A DNA stretch of 64,000 nucleotides. It comes from Mustelus asterias (taxonomy: Eukaryota). This document shows, piece after piece, positions 23,240-33,199 of the stretch. A program made the position numbers and the translations under genes. Below the pieces are notes generated by a model. It had not been told where the DNA came from and made no database searches. It was given only the letters and a program-made list of their open reading frames with translations. Where the stretch lies: contig NC_135808.1 in assembly GCF_964213995.1 (NCBI RefSeq), positions 91,760,001-91,824,000 on the forward strand. Direction: 5' to 3'. How positions within the stretch are numbered: position 1 is the stretch's first letter; every line of letters starts with the position of its first letter.

Positions 23240-25031
23240 GAAGCCGTCATTGTCGCCTCCGTCAAAATAACAAATGCCCTTTGAAACTTTTTCTGGCATC
23301 TTCAGGTTGCAATGATTTGGATTGCATGATCGCACAAGGCTTCTGCAGCACTTCCATCAAAGATATAATGGACAAGGAGTTGAAAACACGTAAATTCATA
23401 TCCTCCATGAACATAATAAATAACAACACATCACATTCAAAAAAGATAAACACTTTTAAATAAAACACATCCTTTTTATTCATATTTTCTGAATACCTCT
23501 ACAGTCATCTTCAGAATTATTCAAGAAAAACTGATAATATTCATTCTGCAAGCTTTCACAGGCATAAATGTAAAACAAGGGCAAAACTGATATAAATGTA
23601 AGGACAATATCTATTCTGATACCTTGATACTGAAGAGATTAGTAAGTACAGGTTATTTAGTAATACTTTATCAACTATATTAGACTTACATATTTCTGAG
23701 TTATCAGTTAAACAAGACTGCCTGGTTATTTTGCAAAAATATGTAGGGGCTGAATTTTCATGGGCATTTTCTGAATTATCATGGGCATTTTCTGAATTAT
23801 CATGGGCATTCTCTGAATTATCCATTGTAACTCTAGTAGGAAACGCGTGTAAATCGCCATTAAATGAGGCAAATGCTATTTTCCAAGGTTTCAGAGGCTC
23901 TTTTGCTGAACTGCTTTGCAAGTATTATGATATGCTGGCTTATACTAAGTAATTTGATCTGTAAATGTGACCACGACACGTCTGACTTAAATGTCCCTTT
24001 CCATGAACTCTACAAGACTGGCATTTTCTATTTATTGATGTAATTTATTTGATTATTGAGTCTTATGATAAACTGTCTTGATTTTTCCCATCTTGCTCAT
24101 CTCTGTGAGAATTACATTAAAATTTCAAAAACCTGTTGTCACAACCTATGTAATTTTCCCCAAAACAATACAGCTCTCTATAGATGCCCATAAATGCTAT
24201 ACTTTTTAGACAATAGTTTCATTATAGGTTAATTAAACCATGGTATTTAACCACTTCTACCATGCTATACAACCCATAAACTAAGAAGGTTCCATTAGAA
24301 AAACAAATTATACTGTTAAAAAATGAACATATTGTGCATATTGTCTATAATTTAGGGTCATAAGACGTATCTGTCTGGTCTCTTGTAACTTGCCTTTTCA
24401 TCATGCATTCCAGTACATGATCAGTTGCAGTTAGTGATCGATGGTTCAAGGCATTGGGCAAGGAGAAAGAAATCCACTTTGAAACAGGGAGGAAACAGCT
24501 TTTGGTTGGTCACTTAACACATTTGGAAGCATCCACGCCAATAATTTTAACGTAAGCACTAGGTTGTTAACACTAGGAAAATTAGAGTAGGGGATTACAG
24601 AAGACATTTTTGGTAAACAGCTAGTTTTCTTCTGGCAACACTGTAACTGCCACATACAGAATCAAACTGGAGACTGAGACATTAGATTGATGTCCAAAGT
24701 TTTGTTTGCTATCCTTCAGGATACCTTTAGGACATTTTTAAAAGTCTTTTTGGAATTTATGTCTTGCTCAGGAATTTAAATAAATTGCCTTTGATCTGTT
24801 GCAAGAAGCAGGTTTGATTTGGCAGATTTTTTTTCCCTCATTCCATACTTTAATGTGTTCTTACCAATACTTCAAAAGGTCTTTAGTTGTGTAACTTAAA
24901 ACAGATGTTGCTTCTGTGATTCAAAGGTGCTATGAGGATAGGTTTAATGTTATTAAGTTCTAAAGGTGAACCACAGTGGGTTTCAGGATGAAATTAAGCA
25001 AACCCCAACACTCTCTGTGCTACCTTTGCAC
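23240..25031 (-). pseudogene. Decayed Toll-like receptor pseudogene, C-terminal part (LRRs, LRR-CT/TM, TIR)
   Basis: Fragments in TLR order across shifting frames: NLITLNLSS*HL (24924-24959); TQLKTF*SIGKNTLK; Cys-bearing then hydrophobic segment TYFC...EIC...VLLNNLYLLISS...YIYISFALVL; TIR box1-like NEYYQFFLNNSEDD (~23504-23545); TIR end-like MQSKSLQPED...HLLF*RR (TGA where W is expected, 23262). Many stops. Confidence 0.6.
23752..23822. repeat. 21-bp tandem repeat, ~3.3 copies
   Basis: CTGAATTATCATGGGCATTTT repeated; gives ENAHDNS repeats in the minus-strand ORF. Confidence 0.9.
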
Positions 25032-25290
25032 CTTAAAATAATTGCATTACTGTGTATGGTTTGGGGTAAATATGAAGCAAAAATACATTTTATGTCCATT
25101 AAAACAACAACATGAACCAAGATTCACTAAAACGAATCACCAATAGGATATTTTTGTATGCACAGTAATTATACATTAGTCATAAATACTCTAAATTTTA
25201 CATATCTTACAATCAAATTACAAATGTTACAATCTGATGCACGCTCACTGTATAGTATTGCCACGTTTTGTACAGATTTTAAAATTCCAA

Positions 25291-25597
25291 GGGCATGATG
25301 GCACAGTGGTTAGCACTGCTGCCTCACAACGCCAGGGACCCAGGTTTGATTCCCGGCTTGAGTGACTGTCTGTGTGGAGTTTGCACGTTCTCCCCGTGTC
25401 TGCGTGGTTTTCCTGTGGGTGCTCCAGTTTCCTCGCACAGTCCAAAGACATGCTGGTTAGGTGCATTGGCCATGCCAAATTCTCCCGCAGTGTACCTGAA
25501 CAGGCGCTGGAGTGTGGCGACTCGGGGATTTTCACAGTATCTTCATTGCAGTGTTAATGTAAGCCTACTTGTGACACTAATAAATAAACTTTAACTT
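25291..25597 (+). mobile_element. HE1-type SINE, alternative tail
   Basis: A box TGGCACAGTGG, B box GGTTTGATTCC, core and AATAAATAAAC tail. Confidence 0.9.
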
Positions 25598-26514
25598 TAT
25601 ATCTGTATTTACTATGTAATTTATACACATTTACAAATTTTCTAAAGTTCCTCAATTAAATATAGTTTTTTGGGTTTTTTTCTTAAAACAAAGAATGCCT
25701 AGATAATGACCATGGTGCCACAACAGTGGAGGCTCACAAACAAGTTACAAAACACGATCTAAACACCACAATACATTCATTACAAATGCAAAAAATACAA
25801 TAAAGTTTACTTCAGAATGGAAATAATACTTGTCAAAGAGCAGAGTTAATCAATGAAACTGGATAGCAAAACTACATTAACAATTCATAGCATGCGTCAA
25901 CCACTTCAAAACCATTGTTGGAGACACTGAATTTAAGAGGAGAAAAATGCTCAAAGTATCGGTTCACCTGATTTGTAAATTACTTGATTGAGCACCCTAA
26001 TTGTAAGAAGCTTTTTAAAAAGGTAATGTTCTCATCGAGTAGTTTTGTCAGATATTCTGACAATTAATTTTATTGATTGATTTGAGAATCACAAAGCAGT
26101 AAGTTGAACCTCTGTCAAATGGTATCAGTTTCACAATGATTGTCCAAATCTGATGCACGCTCACTGGTGTAGTATTGCCATGTTTTGTACAGATTTTAAA
26201 ATTCCAAAGGCACAAAAAGTAAACATAAAATAGAAATTTAAAAATGAAATACGGATTCCTGCCGTGAAAAAGCAAACAAAGGGAAACTGCAATAATTAAT
26301 TCTAATCAAACAACACTGAGATTTAATTTACTTAATGCATCACTGCATTGATCACAAAAGGAGGTAGAGGTGACCAGAGTAAAGAGTTCTGTGTGCTTTT
26401 ACAACTGATAATTTTGCTTTTTTTTCCACTAGGCGTGTGTCTTTTTTTCTTTGTTTTGTCCTTGGGGGTCACAATAAATTGCACAGATTTAGAATGAACT
26501 TTGTTTTTTTTTTA

Positions 26515-26702
26515 CGACTTTTGAATGGACCTACCTCGCATTGAGTTGATCTTTCTCTACACCCTAGCTATGACTGTAACACCACATTCTGCACTCTCTC
26601 ATTTCCTTCTCTGTGAACGGTATGCTATGTATGGCGCATAAGAAACAATACTTTTCACTGTATACTAATACAGGTGACAATAATAAATCAAATCAAATCA
26701 AA
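26515..26702 (+). mobile_element. Rex1/Babar-type LINE 3' end with (AATCA)n tail
   Basis: ...TTTTCACTGTA...GTGACAATAATAAATCAAATCAAATCAA; same family as 5060-5200 in the opposite orientation. Confidence 0.6.
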
Positions 26703-27120
26703 ATTTTCCCCATTCCTCTAAAACCACCGCCATGCTAAGTTTGAAACATGCCAGCAGCCCTTTGATACCTCATTGAAGTGATAATTTTTCAAGTGTGAAC
26801 CCTGACAGTGAGCACTGGTTGACTAGATAAATTTGAGATAGATACCAGCAACTTGAGTCTCATCTTGTCCTCATTCAAGGTTCACACCATACATTTTTGA
26901 ATAAAGGGTCACTGGATAGCAAATGGAAGCAGGAATGCCAATTCCCTCCATCGCACCTTCCCCAAACCTACGCACATCCCACGAGCTCCAGCATACTGTA
27001 TCTTGTTAACTCCACACAGCACAAAGGTGAAACGGGGATGATAGTGGTCCATGAATCTGGGGTTCACACTAGATAATGCATTGTCCAATTAAACCATCAA
27101 GCATGTTAAGGTTTTGTTTC

Positions 27121-29370
27121 TTACCTAGTTAACAACATTTTCTTTTTCAATAATGTTGCTATTTGATGGTGGTTATCTGTTTCTCCACTTTCTGCAACTT
27201 GAAGAGGTGTCTTTTTTAAACTATTTGTCAACTGAAACTTAGGTTTCTCACCTTCAGACCAGTTGATTAGTTTTTGAGCAGTGCTAAGGTTGCCAGATTT
27301 GCAAGCACAATGCAGAGGTGTGTCTTTGGCATTATCTAAGGCATTAATGGCAGCTCCACTGATCAACAGCAACTCTATCAGGTCCTTGTCACTATGTTCT
27401 GCTGCTAAATGTAATGGTGTTTTCCGCCAAATATTTTTAACATCTATGTTTTTATTTTTTCCAGCCAATAAAAGAGCTTTGACAACAATGCTATGGCTAT
27501 TGCTGGCTGCATAGTGCATTGGAGTATTCCCATCCATATCCTTTGCAGTAAACTTGGCCCTTCTGGTTAACATCAAAGATACAAAGTCCAAATGGCCTTC
27601 ATTAGCAGACAAATGGAGTGGGGTCTTCTTCTCCATATTTACTGCATTAGGATCTGCCCGGTTTGACAGAAGGAGCTCTGCAATTGAGGCATCTCCAACT
27701 ACAGCAGCCATGTGCAAGGGTGTTTTCATACCTCTATCTTTGGCATTTACATCTGCTTTGTTCTGGATGAGACACTCAGCCGTATCTCTGTTACCTTTTT
27801 GTGAAGCGATATGTAAAGGTGTAACTGCTTCTTTAGTGACAGCATTGACTTTTGAACCTCCTGCTATCAAAGTTTCTATCATTAGTCGTTGGTTCTGAAA
27901 GGATGCAACATGTAAGGGTGTTTGGTTGCCAGAGCCAATTATGTTTGCATCCATGCCCATGTCAATCAACAGCTTTGCAACAGAAAGAGACCCAGTTTGG
28001 ACTGCAAGGTGTAATGCACTGTCCATATTTGGTGTCCTTTCATCTAAACGTGCACCTTTATTTATCAGGATATTGACAGATTCAACATGGCCAAGTTCTG
28101 CTGCTAACAGTAAAGGGGTATATTGCATTCCATTTCTGGTGTTGATGTCAATGCCCTGTTCAATGATAATGCCCACAGTTCTGTATAGATTTTTCTGAAC
28201 TGCTTTAAACAGTGCATTGACTAAGACGGTAGAGTTAATTTCACTGGCATGCTCCAAGATCAGCTTCATCAGGAATTGGTCATTACTATCAAATGCTGCA
28301 TGAATTAAATCAATATTCACCTTGGCTCCAGCCTCCAGCAGTACTTTCACAGTATTGAGATGTCCTTGGGAAATAGCATGAAACAATGGGGTCCTGTTCT
28401 TCTCATCCTTAGCATCAACTGGAGCTCCATATTGGAGAATGATTCGCGCTAATTTACTCTCATCTCTGAGTGCAGCCATGTGCAAGAAAGATTTCTTCCT
28501 TTTATGGTTTCTGGCTTCTTCTTTCAACATCAACTTCACCATGGAGAAATGACTGTTCTCTGCAGCTAATTGCAATGGACTTCTGGATTCTTTATCCAAA
28601 GCATAGATGTGTGCTCCAGCTTGGAGAAGCATTTTAGCTGCACCCAAATGTCCCTCCACTGCAGCCCGGTGGAGGGGTGACTGCCGTTTATTATCCCTCA
28701 CCTCTACCTTTGCTCCTTTATTCAATAAATATTCAATAATTGTAACATGCCCATGAGCAGCAGCAATGTGCAACAGGGTTTCATTAGAAGCATTTGTGCC
28801 ATTTACATCATTGTCTCCAAAAGCTCTATCCAGACTGGAAAGATCTCCTAATGCTGCAGCTTGGAAGAGCTCAGTTATTTCGATCCAGATGGGTTGAGGT
28901 CTAGCAACTCTTTTTAACGTTTGACGTGGGTTCTTTTTATGTGTCATGTTCTGTCTGAATTCCTCTGACGTTTTTTGGCTGTTCCTGGGGATTTCATCCT
29001 TATCTCTTTCCAAAAGGTATCCCACCAGCTGTCTCTTGGCTTTCCCAAAGCTGCTAGACACATTACTGACATAGCATCTGATGTGATCATACAGAGTTGG
29101 TTCCACACACTTGAGGCAAGGATAGAAGAACAGCCTGCAGGCTCTCTCTCCGCAAGAAACCAACATATCCAGAATTCTTGCGTTCTTCTCCTCTCGCGTC
29201 TTATAGCTTAACACAGCCATTTTCTTGTCCAGTGAAATGATACGATTCTCAACCAACCAGTCCAGAAGATGATCGGTGTTGATAATCCCTGCTACAAGTT
29301 CCTTCTTCTTGCTCTGTAGAACCTCAATTGCATATGGATTTGTAAAAATACCTGTACTGTTTATAGCCAT
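27121..29370 (-). CDS. caiap: CARD- and ankyrin-repeat-containing inflammasome adaptor protein, 749 aa, uninterrupted CDS
   Basis: ATG in strong Kozak context GCCACAATGG. N-terminal CARD (NPYAIEVLQSKKKELVAGI...LDMLVSCGERACRLFFYPCLK) followed by many TPLH-type ankyrin repeats. Confidence 0.9.
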   Translation of the reverse strand: MAINSTGIFTNPYAIEVLQSKKKELVAGIINTDHLLDWLVENRIISLDKKMAVLSYKTREEKNARILDMLVSCGERACRLFFYPCLKCVEPTLYDHIRCYVSNVSSSFGKAKRQLVGYLLERDKDEIPRNSQKTSEEFRQNMTHKKNPRQTLKRVARPQPIWIEITELFQAAALGDLSSLDRAFGDNDVNGTNASNETLLHIAAAHGHVTIIEYLLNKGAKVEVRDNKRQSPLHRAAVEGHLGAAKMLLQAGAHIYALDKESRSPLQLAAENSHFSMVKLMLKEEARNHKRKKSFLHMAALRDESKLARIILQYGAPVDAKDEKNRTPLFHAISQGHLNTVKVLLEAGAKVNIDLIHAAFDSNDQFLMKLILEHASEINSTVLVNALFKAVQKNLYRTVGIIIEQGIDINTRNGMQYTPLLLAAELGHVESVNILINKGARLDERTPNMDSALHLAVQTGSLSVAKLLIDMGMDANIIGSGNQTPLHVASFQNQRLMIETLIAGGSKVNAVTKEAVTPLHIASQKGNRDTAECLIQNKADVNAKDRGMKTPLHMAAVVGDASIAELLLSNRADPNAVNMEKKTPLHLSANEGHLDFVSLMLTRRAKFTAKDMDGNTPMHYAASNSHSIVVKALLLAGKNKNIDVKNIWRKTPLHLAAEHSDKDLIELLLISGAAINALDNAKDTPLHCACKSGNLSTAQKLINWSEGEKPKFQLTNSLKKTPLQVAESGETDNHHQIATLLKKKMLLTR

Positions 29371-30354
29371 TGTGGCAGATCGACATGTGTACTGATTAAG
29401 GTGTAGGTCGATTGGCAACAAAAAAACTTTATCCTTCCGTCAATTGTCAATTCTCGAAGGAGAGTCTCTGTGTTTCATGAAGTAGACAGACAATTCCTTC
29501 TACTGCTGAAAGTCAATCACCTTTAAGCTGATATAACTTCACATCAAAATCGAGTCCTCAGGGGCTTGCAAGATTGCAACTGGCATTAAATGAGTCCTAA
29601 TCCCGAATGAATCGTAAACTGTCCCACCAAACCATAGCAACAAGGTTGGGTTGCTTTATTCCGATACAATAATGATATCACAAACATTTTGGCAAACATG
29701 TAGAGTTTGGTCTGAACAATAAACTTTTGAGAGATTCCATCAGGTTTTGAGCATTAAACTATCAAAAAAAGTCACCTTTCTCTCCCGTGAGCCAAACCTT
29801 TGTGATTGCCATCCACTCACCTGGTTAATCAGTCTATCAGATGACGTGGAAATCTACACCTTAACTACTGTTGCTTAGAGTCTGTTAGGTCTTTGTGTGA
29901 AAAAGCAAAGGCAAAACAACAACACACAACTAATGCCATGAGAAAACCATAAGCTGTGGAGTATGCATCTGAATCTATTGATGGGCACCGTTCCCAACTA
30001 ATATTTGCAGTTGTACAGTTTAGTTTGCTTACTTCGGGAGCAACTAGTGGTCAATTTTTTCCCTGTGTTGATAAAAATAACCTACCACAATATACCTATG
30101 TATTAAGCTCTGCATACTTGTATGGACAGACAAAATTAATTGACAGTTTGTTGCTGCAAATGACTTATTTGTTTATTGGGCTGCAACCACTGATTGAGTT
30201 TTAAAAGACTGAACAACAACATTTCAGTGACTTAAACCACAGCTCCTGAGATGGTCACATATTGGCATGAATGTACCTTACAAATTCTAAAGCTGTTAAC
30301 GATGGGGTCAGGCTTTATCAAAGTCAATCACTTCAGAGGAATGTGAATGGCCAT

Positions 30355-31355
30355 ATCCCTTTTCTGAATGGAAAGCTGTGACTAGCGATGTTCCACAGGG
30401 ATCAGTTCTGGGACCTTTGTTGTTCATAGTATGTATAAATGATTTGGAGGAAAATGTAGCTGGTCTGATTAGTAAGTTTGCAGATGACATAAAAACTGGT
30501 GGAGTTGCAGATAGTAAAGAGTCAACAAGATATATACTGGTTGGAGAAATGGCAGATGGACTTTGATCCGGACAAGTGTGAGAAAATGCATTTTGGAAGG
30601 TCCAATGCATGTAAGAATTATACCGTAAATGGTAGAATCCTTAGGAGTATTGACAGGAAGAGAGATCTGGGTGTACATGTCCACCGATCACTGAAAATGG
30701 CAACACAGGTGGATAAGGTAGTCAAGAAGGCATATGGCATGCTTCCTTCATTGGTCGGGGCATTGAGTATAAAAATTGGCAGGTCAATTGCAGCTGTACA
30801 GGCCTCATTTAGAATATTGTGTACAATTTTAGTCGCCACACTACCAGAAGGATGTGAATGCTTTGGAGAGGGTACAGAAGAGGTTTACCATGATGTTGCC
30901 TGGTCTGGAGGGTATTAGCTAAGAGGAGAGGTTGGATAAATTCAATTTGTTCTCACTGGAACAATGGAGGTTGAGGGGTGACCTGATTGAAGTTTACAAG
31001 ATTATGAGTGGCATGGAAAGAGTGGATAGTCAGATGCTCTTTCCTAGGGTAGAAAAGTCAAGTACTAGGGGAGATAGGTTTAAGCCGCTTGGGGAAAAGT
31101 TTAGAGGAGATGTGCAGGCAAGTTTTTTACACAGAGGGTGGTAAATGTCTGGAACGCATTGCCCGGAGAGGTGGTGGGAGCAGGTACGATAGCAGAATTC
31201 GAGAGGCAACTAGACGAATACATGACTAGGATGGGAATAGAAAGATACAGACTCCGTAAGTGCATACAGTTTTAGTTTAGGCAGGCATCATGATTGGCGC
31301 AGGGTTGGAGGGCCGACGGGCCTCCTGTTCTGTGCTGTACTTTTCTTTGTTCTAT
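30355..31355 (+). mobile_element. 5'-truncated, frameshifted CR1
   Basis: VPQGSVLGP, ISKFADD, RLRGDLIEVYKIM and CR1 3' UTR. Confidence 0.88.
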
Positions 31356-31483
31356 CCCCTGAGCCATTCACAAAACATCCAACCTGTGCATTCAACTGAG
31401 CGCGGATCAAGCCATTTGATGTAATCGCTTTGGACAATGCACTATGGTTTGGAAGGGAACTTGTCTAGCCATAAACTAAACAT

Positions 31484-31826
31484 GCGGCATGGTAGCACAG
31501 TGGTTAGCACTGCTGCTTCACAGCTCCAGGGACCTGGGTTCGATTCACGGCTTGGGTCACTGTCTGTGTGGAGTTTGCACATTCACCTCGTGTCTGCGTG
31601 GGTTTCCTCCGGGTGCTCCGGTTTCCTCCCACAGTCCAAAGATGTGCGGGTTAGGTTGATTGGCCATGCTAAAAATTGCCCTTAGTGTCCTGAGATGCGT
31701 AGGTTAGAGGGATTAGCGGGTAAATATGTAGGGATATGGGGGTAGGGCCTGGGTGGGATTGTGGTCGGTGCAGACTCGATGGGTCGAATGGCCTCTTTCT
31801 GTACTGTAGGGTTTCTATGTTCTATG
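31484..31826 (+). mobile_element. HE1 SINE, CR1-type tail
   Basis: Full head, core and TTCTATG tail. Confidence 0.9.
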
Positions 31827-32894
31827 CCCAAACCATGGACCTGGAATTAACTTGCTATGACCATGTTTGGTTAACTGGTCAGTTGGTGAGGAGGGGATCA
31901 TGATTAGACCAACTAACTCTTTTCAGAAGCTGTTTTTCTTCCAGACTGGAAAACTGGAAAAGAAGGTCCCTGAGTGGACACACTCTCTCTCTCTCTCTCC
32001 ATCCATTCTCCAAGTTTGAGCCTGTCTGTTGTTTGATCAACCACATGCTACAGACAGTGTTTTAAGGAGGCCAGTCAGCCCATTATATTCATTCTGGAAA
32101 ATCAGGCCGTATTCCCGCTTCTGACTGTTTCACAGTGACTCATGTAGAAAGTTCACTTGTGTAGCTACTGGATGAAACCGGGAAGATATTCTGCTGCTTC
32201 CCAGCCTATGCTCACAAATGAAGAATGGTCAGAGTGGGTGGCTGCACATTAGAACCAGAACTCAGATCTAATCAATCCTTTCAGGAGACAGAGGGTGAAA
32301 ACTTGTTGGGGTAGGTTACAAAAAAATTCTAGAGATGGCGATGTCACGGGAATGTGGGATTTCACAAAAGCTACATTAATTGCAATCCAATAATGGGATT
32401 TTTACTGAAAAATAAGTAAGAGCAGCCTGCCAGAGAACTCTCATGTACGTAGGTACATGGGATGGGAAGTAGGTGGGCAGAAATAATGTTGGCCAAGTGT
32501 AGTGGGTGAGAAAAAGGGGAGCATGCAGCATTTGGGATATCTGCTCCTGAGCAGGATCATGGGTTCTTTGGAGATTACCAAGTGAGGCTGAGAGGGAAGT
32601 TGAGGATTTAATCAATGAGTCAAAAGTGATGAGTTGGGATTGGGATGGGAGAGACAAAATACCCAAGAGGAAATCAATGACATGGGATTAGTGGGACTAC
32701 ATGACAGGCAAGGGAACAAACAGAAGAGAGAAAAAAAAGACATAAACCATCAATAATCCCTCAGTAGAAGGAAATCAAGTGTTAGAAAATGGGTCGATTT
32801 GGAGCCTGCCCTCACCATCTGCGGGAATGGCGGCATGGGGCAAAATCCGAAGAGCGCGATTCGCACCGGTGAGTTCCGAGTTTCAATCTTACTG

Positions 32895-33190
32895 GTTGGC
32901 CCATCGAGTCTGCACCGACCACAATCCCACACAGACCCTATCCCCACAAGCCCATGCATTTACCCTAGCTCGTCCCCCGACACTAAGCGGCAATTTAGCA
33001 TGGCCAGTCCACCTAACCCGCACATCTTTGGACTGTGGGAGGAAACCGGAGCACCCGGATGAAACCCACACAGACACGGGGAGAACATGCAAACTCCACA
33101 CAGACAGTGACCCAAACCAGGAATTGAACTTGGGTCCCTGGTGCTGTGAGGCAGCAATGCTAACCATTGTGCCACCGTGCCGCCGCACTG
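32895..33190 (-). mobile_element. HE1 SINE
   Basis: Reverse complement of HE1 head and core. Confidence 0.88.
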
Positions 33191-33199
33191 TGCCATTGT

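Noticed and set aside
23950-24035. KCQSCRVHGKGHLSQTC as a zinc knuckle
   Set aside because: Short, closed by stops, spacing does not fit CCHC, and it lies within the TLR-like remnant in another frame.
25295-25594. Recurrent ORFs of the MVAQWLALLPHS / MVSTAASQ type, and tRNA gene calls
   Set aside because: All derive from HE1 SINEs; the heads keep A/B boxes but no full cloverleaf was seen.
29371-29421. Extended caiap N-terminus from the ORF track
   Set aside because: Starts at TTG; the ATG at 29370 has a strong Kozak context and directly precedes the CARD.
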